DNA of 34,638 nucleotides from a virus (Duplodnaviria; Heunggongvirae; Uroviricota; Caudoviricetes): IMG/VR virus record IMGVR_UViG_2778260991_000004, positions 1 to 34,638 of that record; one strand, 5' to 3'. Shown piece by piece: positions 33,835 to 34,638 of this stretch (position 1 is its first letter; each line of letters starts with the position of its first letter). The notes under the pieces were generated by a model. It saw only the letters and a program-made list of their open reading frames with translations, ran no database searches and was not told where the DNA came from. The position numbers and the translations under genes were made by a program.

Positions 33835-34596
33835 TCACTTTTCCGATGCAACATGGCGGGAAGAATCAGTAATCTGTCGTACAATATCCCTGTGCTTGTT
33901 CAGCTCCCGCAGCGCGGCGCAGACACGCTCCCACTTCTGGACATGATTTTTCGCCCGACGCAGTTCGCGGTTTGCCATATGCAGTGATGGTAAAACTAGG
34001 TCATCCGCTCGCGTTTCAGTAAACGATGGCAGCGACTGCACAATGTCCGCCACAGTTTCTGTTTTAATATCTTCCTGTGTTGCAGCCTCCTGTACTGGTA
34101 ACGCAACACCTGCGGGCTGAGGAAAGGCCTTACCAGCAGTTTCCGCTACCGATGCTGCTTTCAGCTCTGCTGGTAAATTATCGCCCGGTATGCAGTAACG
34201 AAATTTACCGCCCTGATTTACGCGAAGCAGACGACCTTTGCTGATTGCCATTGCCAGCGTTGAAGCCACTTTGCGTGATGTGGTACCAAACAATGTAGCC
34301 AGCTCATCCGCCGTTTGTGGTCCACGTTGTTCAATCGTCGCAGTTAAATCGCTCTCTGAAATTTTCGCGACTGTTGCCGTGGTAGTTTCTTCCGGCAGTT
34401 CTGCCGGCGCTGGCTGTTCCTGCTGAACGTTGTTATCAGCCACACGCCAGGTGTACGCGCTTTTATCAACGAAACCAGCCTTTTTCAGTTCCCATAGTTC
34501 GTTCAGCACTTCTTCACGACTGATATCAAGTCGCGCAGCAAGTTCTATGGATGTGGCTTTTCCCATTGCTTTCAGTGCATCAAAAACGGTTTCCAT
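33835..34596 (-). CDS. hypothetical early-region protein with winged-helix-like segments
   Basis: ATG at 34596 with GGGAGG upstream (track start at 34638 is TTG); 253 aa; two helix-turn-helix-like stretches. Confidence 0.45.
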   Translation of the reverse strand: METVFDALKAMGKATSIELAARLDISREEVLNELWELKKAGFVDKSAYTWRVADNNVQQEQPAPAELPEETTTATVAKISESDLTATIEQRGPQTADELATLFGTTSRKVASTLAMAISKGRLLRVNQGGKFRYCIPGDNLPAELKAASVAETAGKAFPQPAGVALPVQEAATQEDIKTETVADIVQSLPSFTETRADDLVLPSLHMANRELRRAKNHVQKWERVCAALRELNKHRDIVRQITDSSRHVASEK

Positions 34597-34638
34597 TAAA
34601 ATTTCCTCCCGGTAAAAATTACTTCTCAACTCAAACAA

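Noticed and set aside
1-34638. Search for CRISPR arrays, tRNA/rRNA genes, integrase and att sites
   Set aside because: No regular repeat-spacer arrays, no tRNA-like cloverleaf candidates and no integrase-like ORF were recognised; the prophage ends are presumably outside this window.

Overview
This window is a prophage regulatory, lysis, packaging and virion-structural region from an enterobacterial (Salmonella/E. coli-like) genome, encoded almost entirely on the minus strand. All calls are from reading the sequence and motif recall; no database search was run. Reading right to left (direction of transcription): small translationally coupled early/nin-like genes; an AT-rich two-gene cassette (98-aa protein plus a 298-aa clan-CD caspase-like cysteine peptidase) with its own promoter and operator-like palindrome; a hok/mok type I toxin locus; nin-region homologues (YbcO-like); a Q-like late antiterminator and tR'-like terminator; pertussis-like AB5 toxin genes artA/artB between Q and the lysis cassette (holin, membrane protein, M15 endolysin, lipoprotein); a ParB-like nuclease and GT-A-like gene pair; terminase small and large subunits; portal and head genes; then a contractile-tail module (sheath, tube, -1 frameshifted chaperone, tape measure, baseplate, spike, baseplate J, partial tail fiber). 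Two moron islands interrupt the baseplate cluster: an LprI-like secreted protein with a divergent antirepressor, and a cluster of small membrane-peptide genes. The caspase-like cassette is the best candidate for an undescribed system. No rRNA, tRNA, CRISPR array, integrase or att site was seen.
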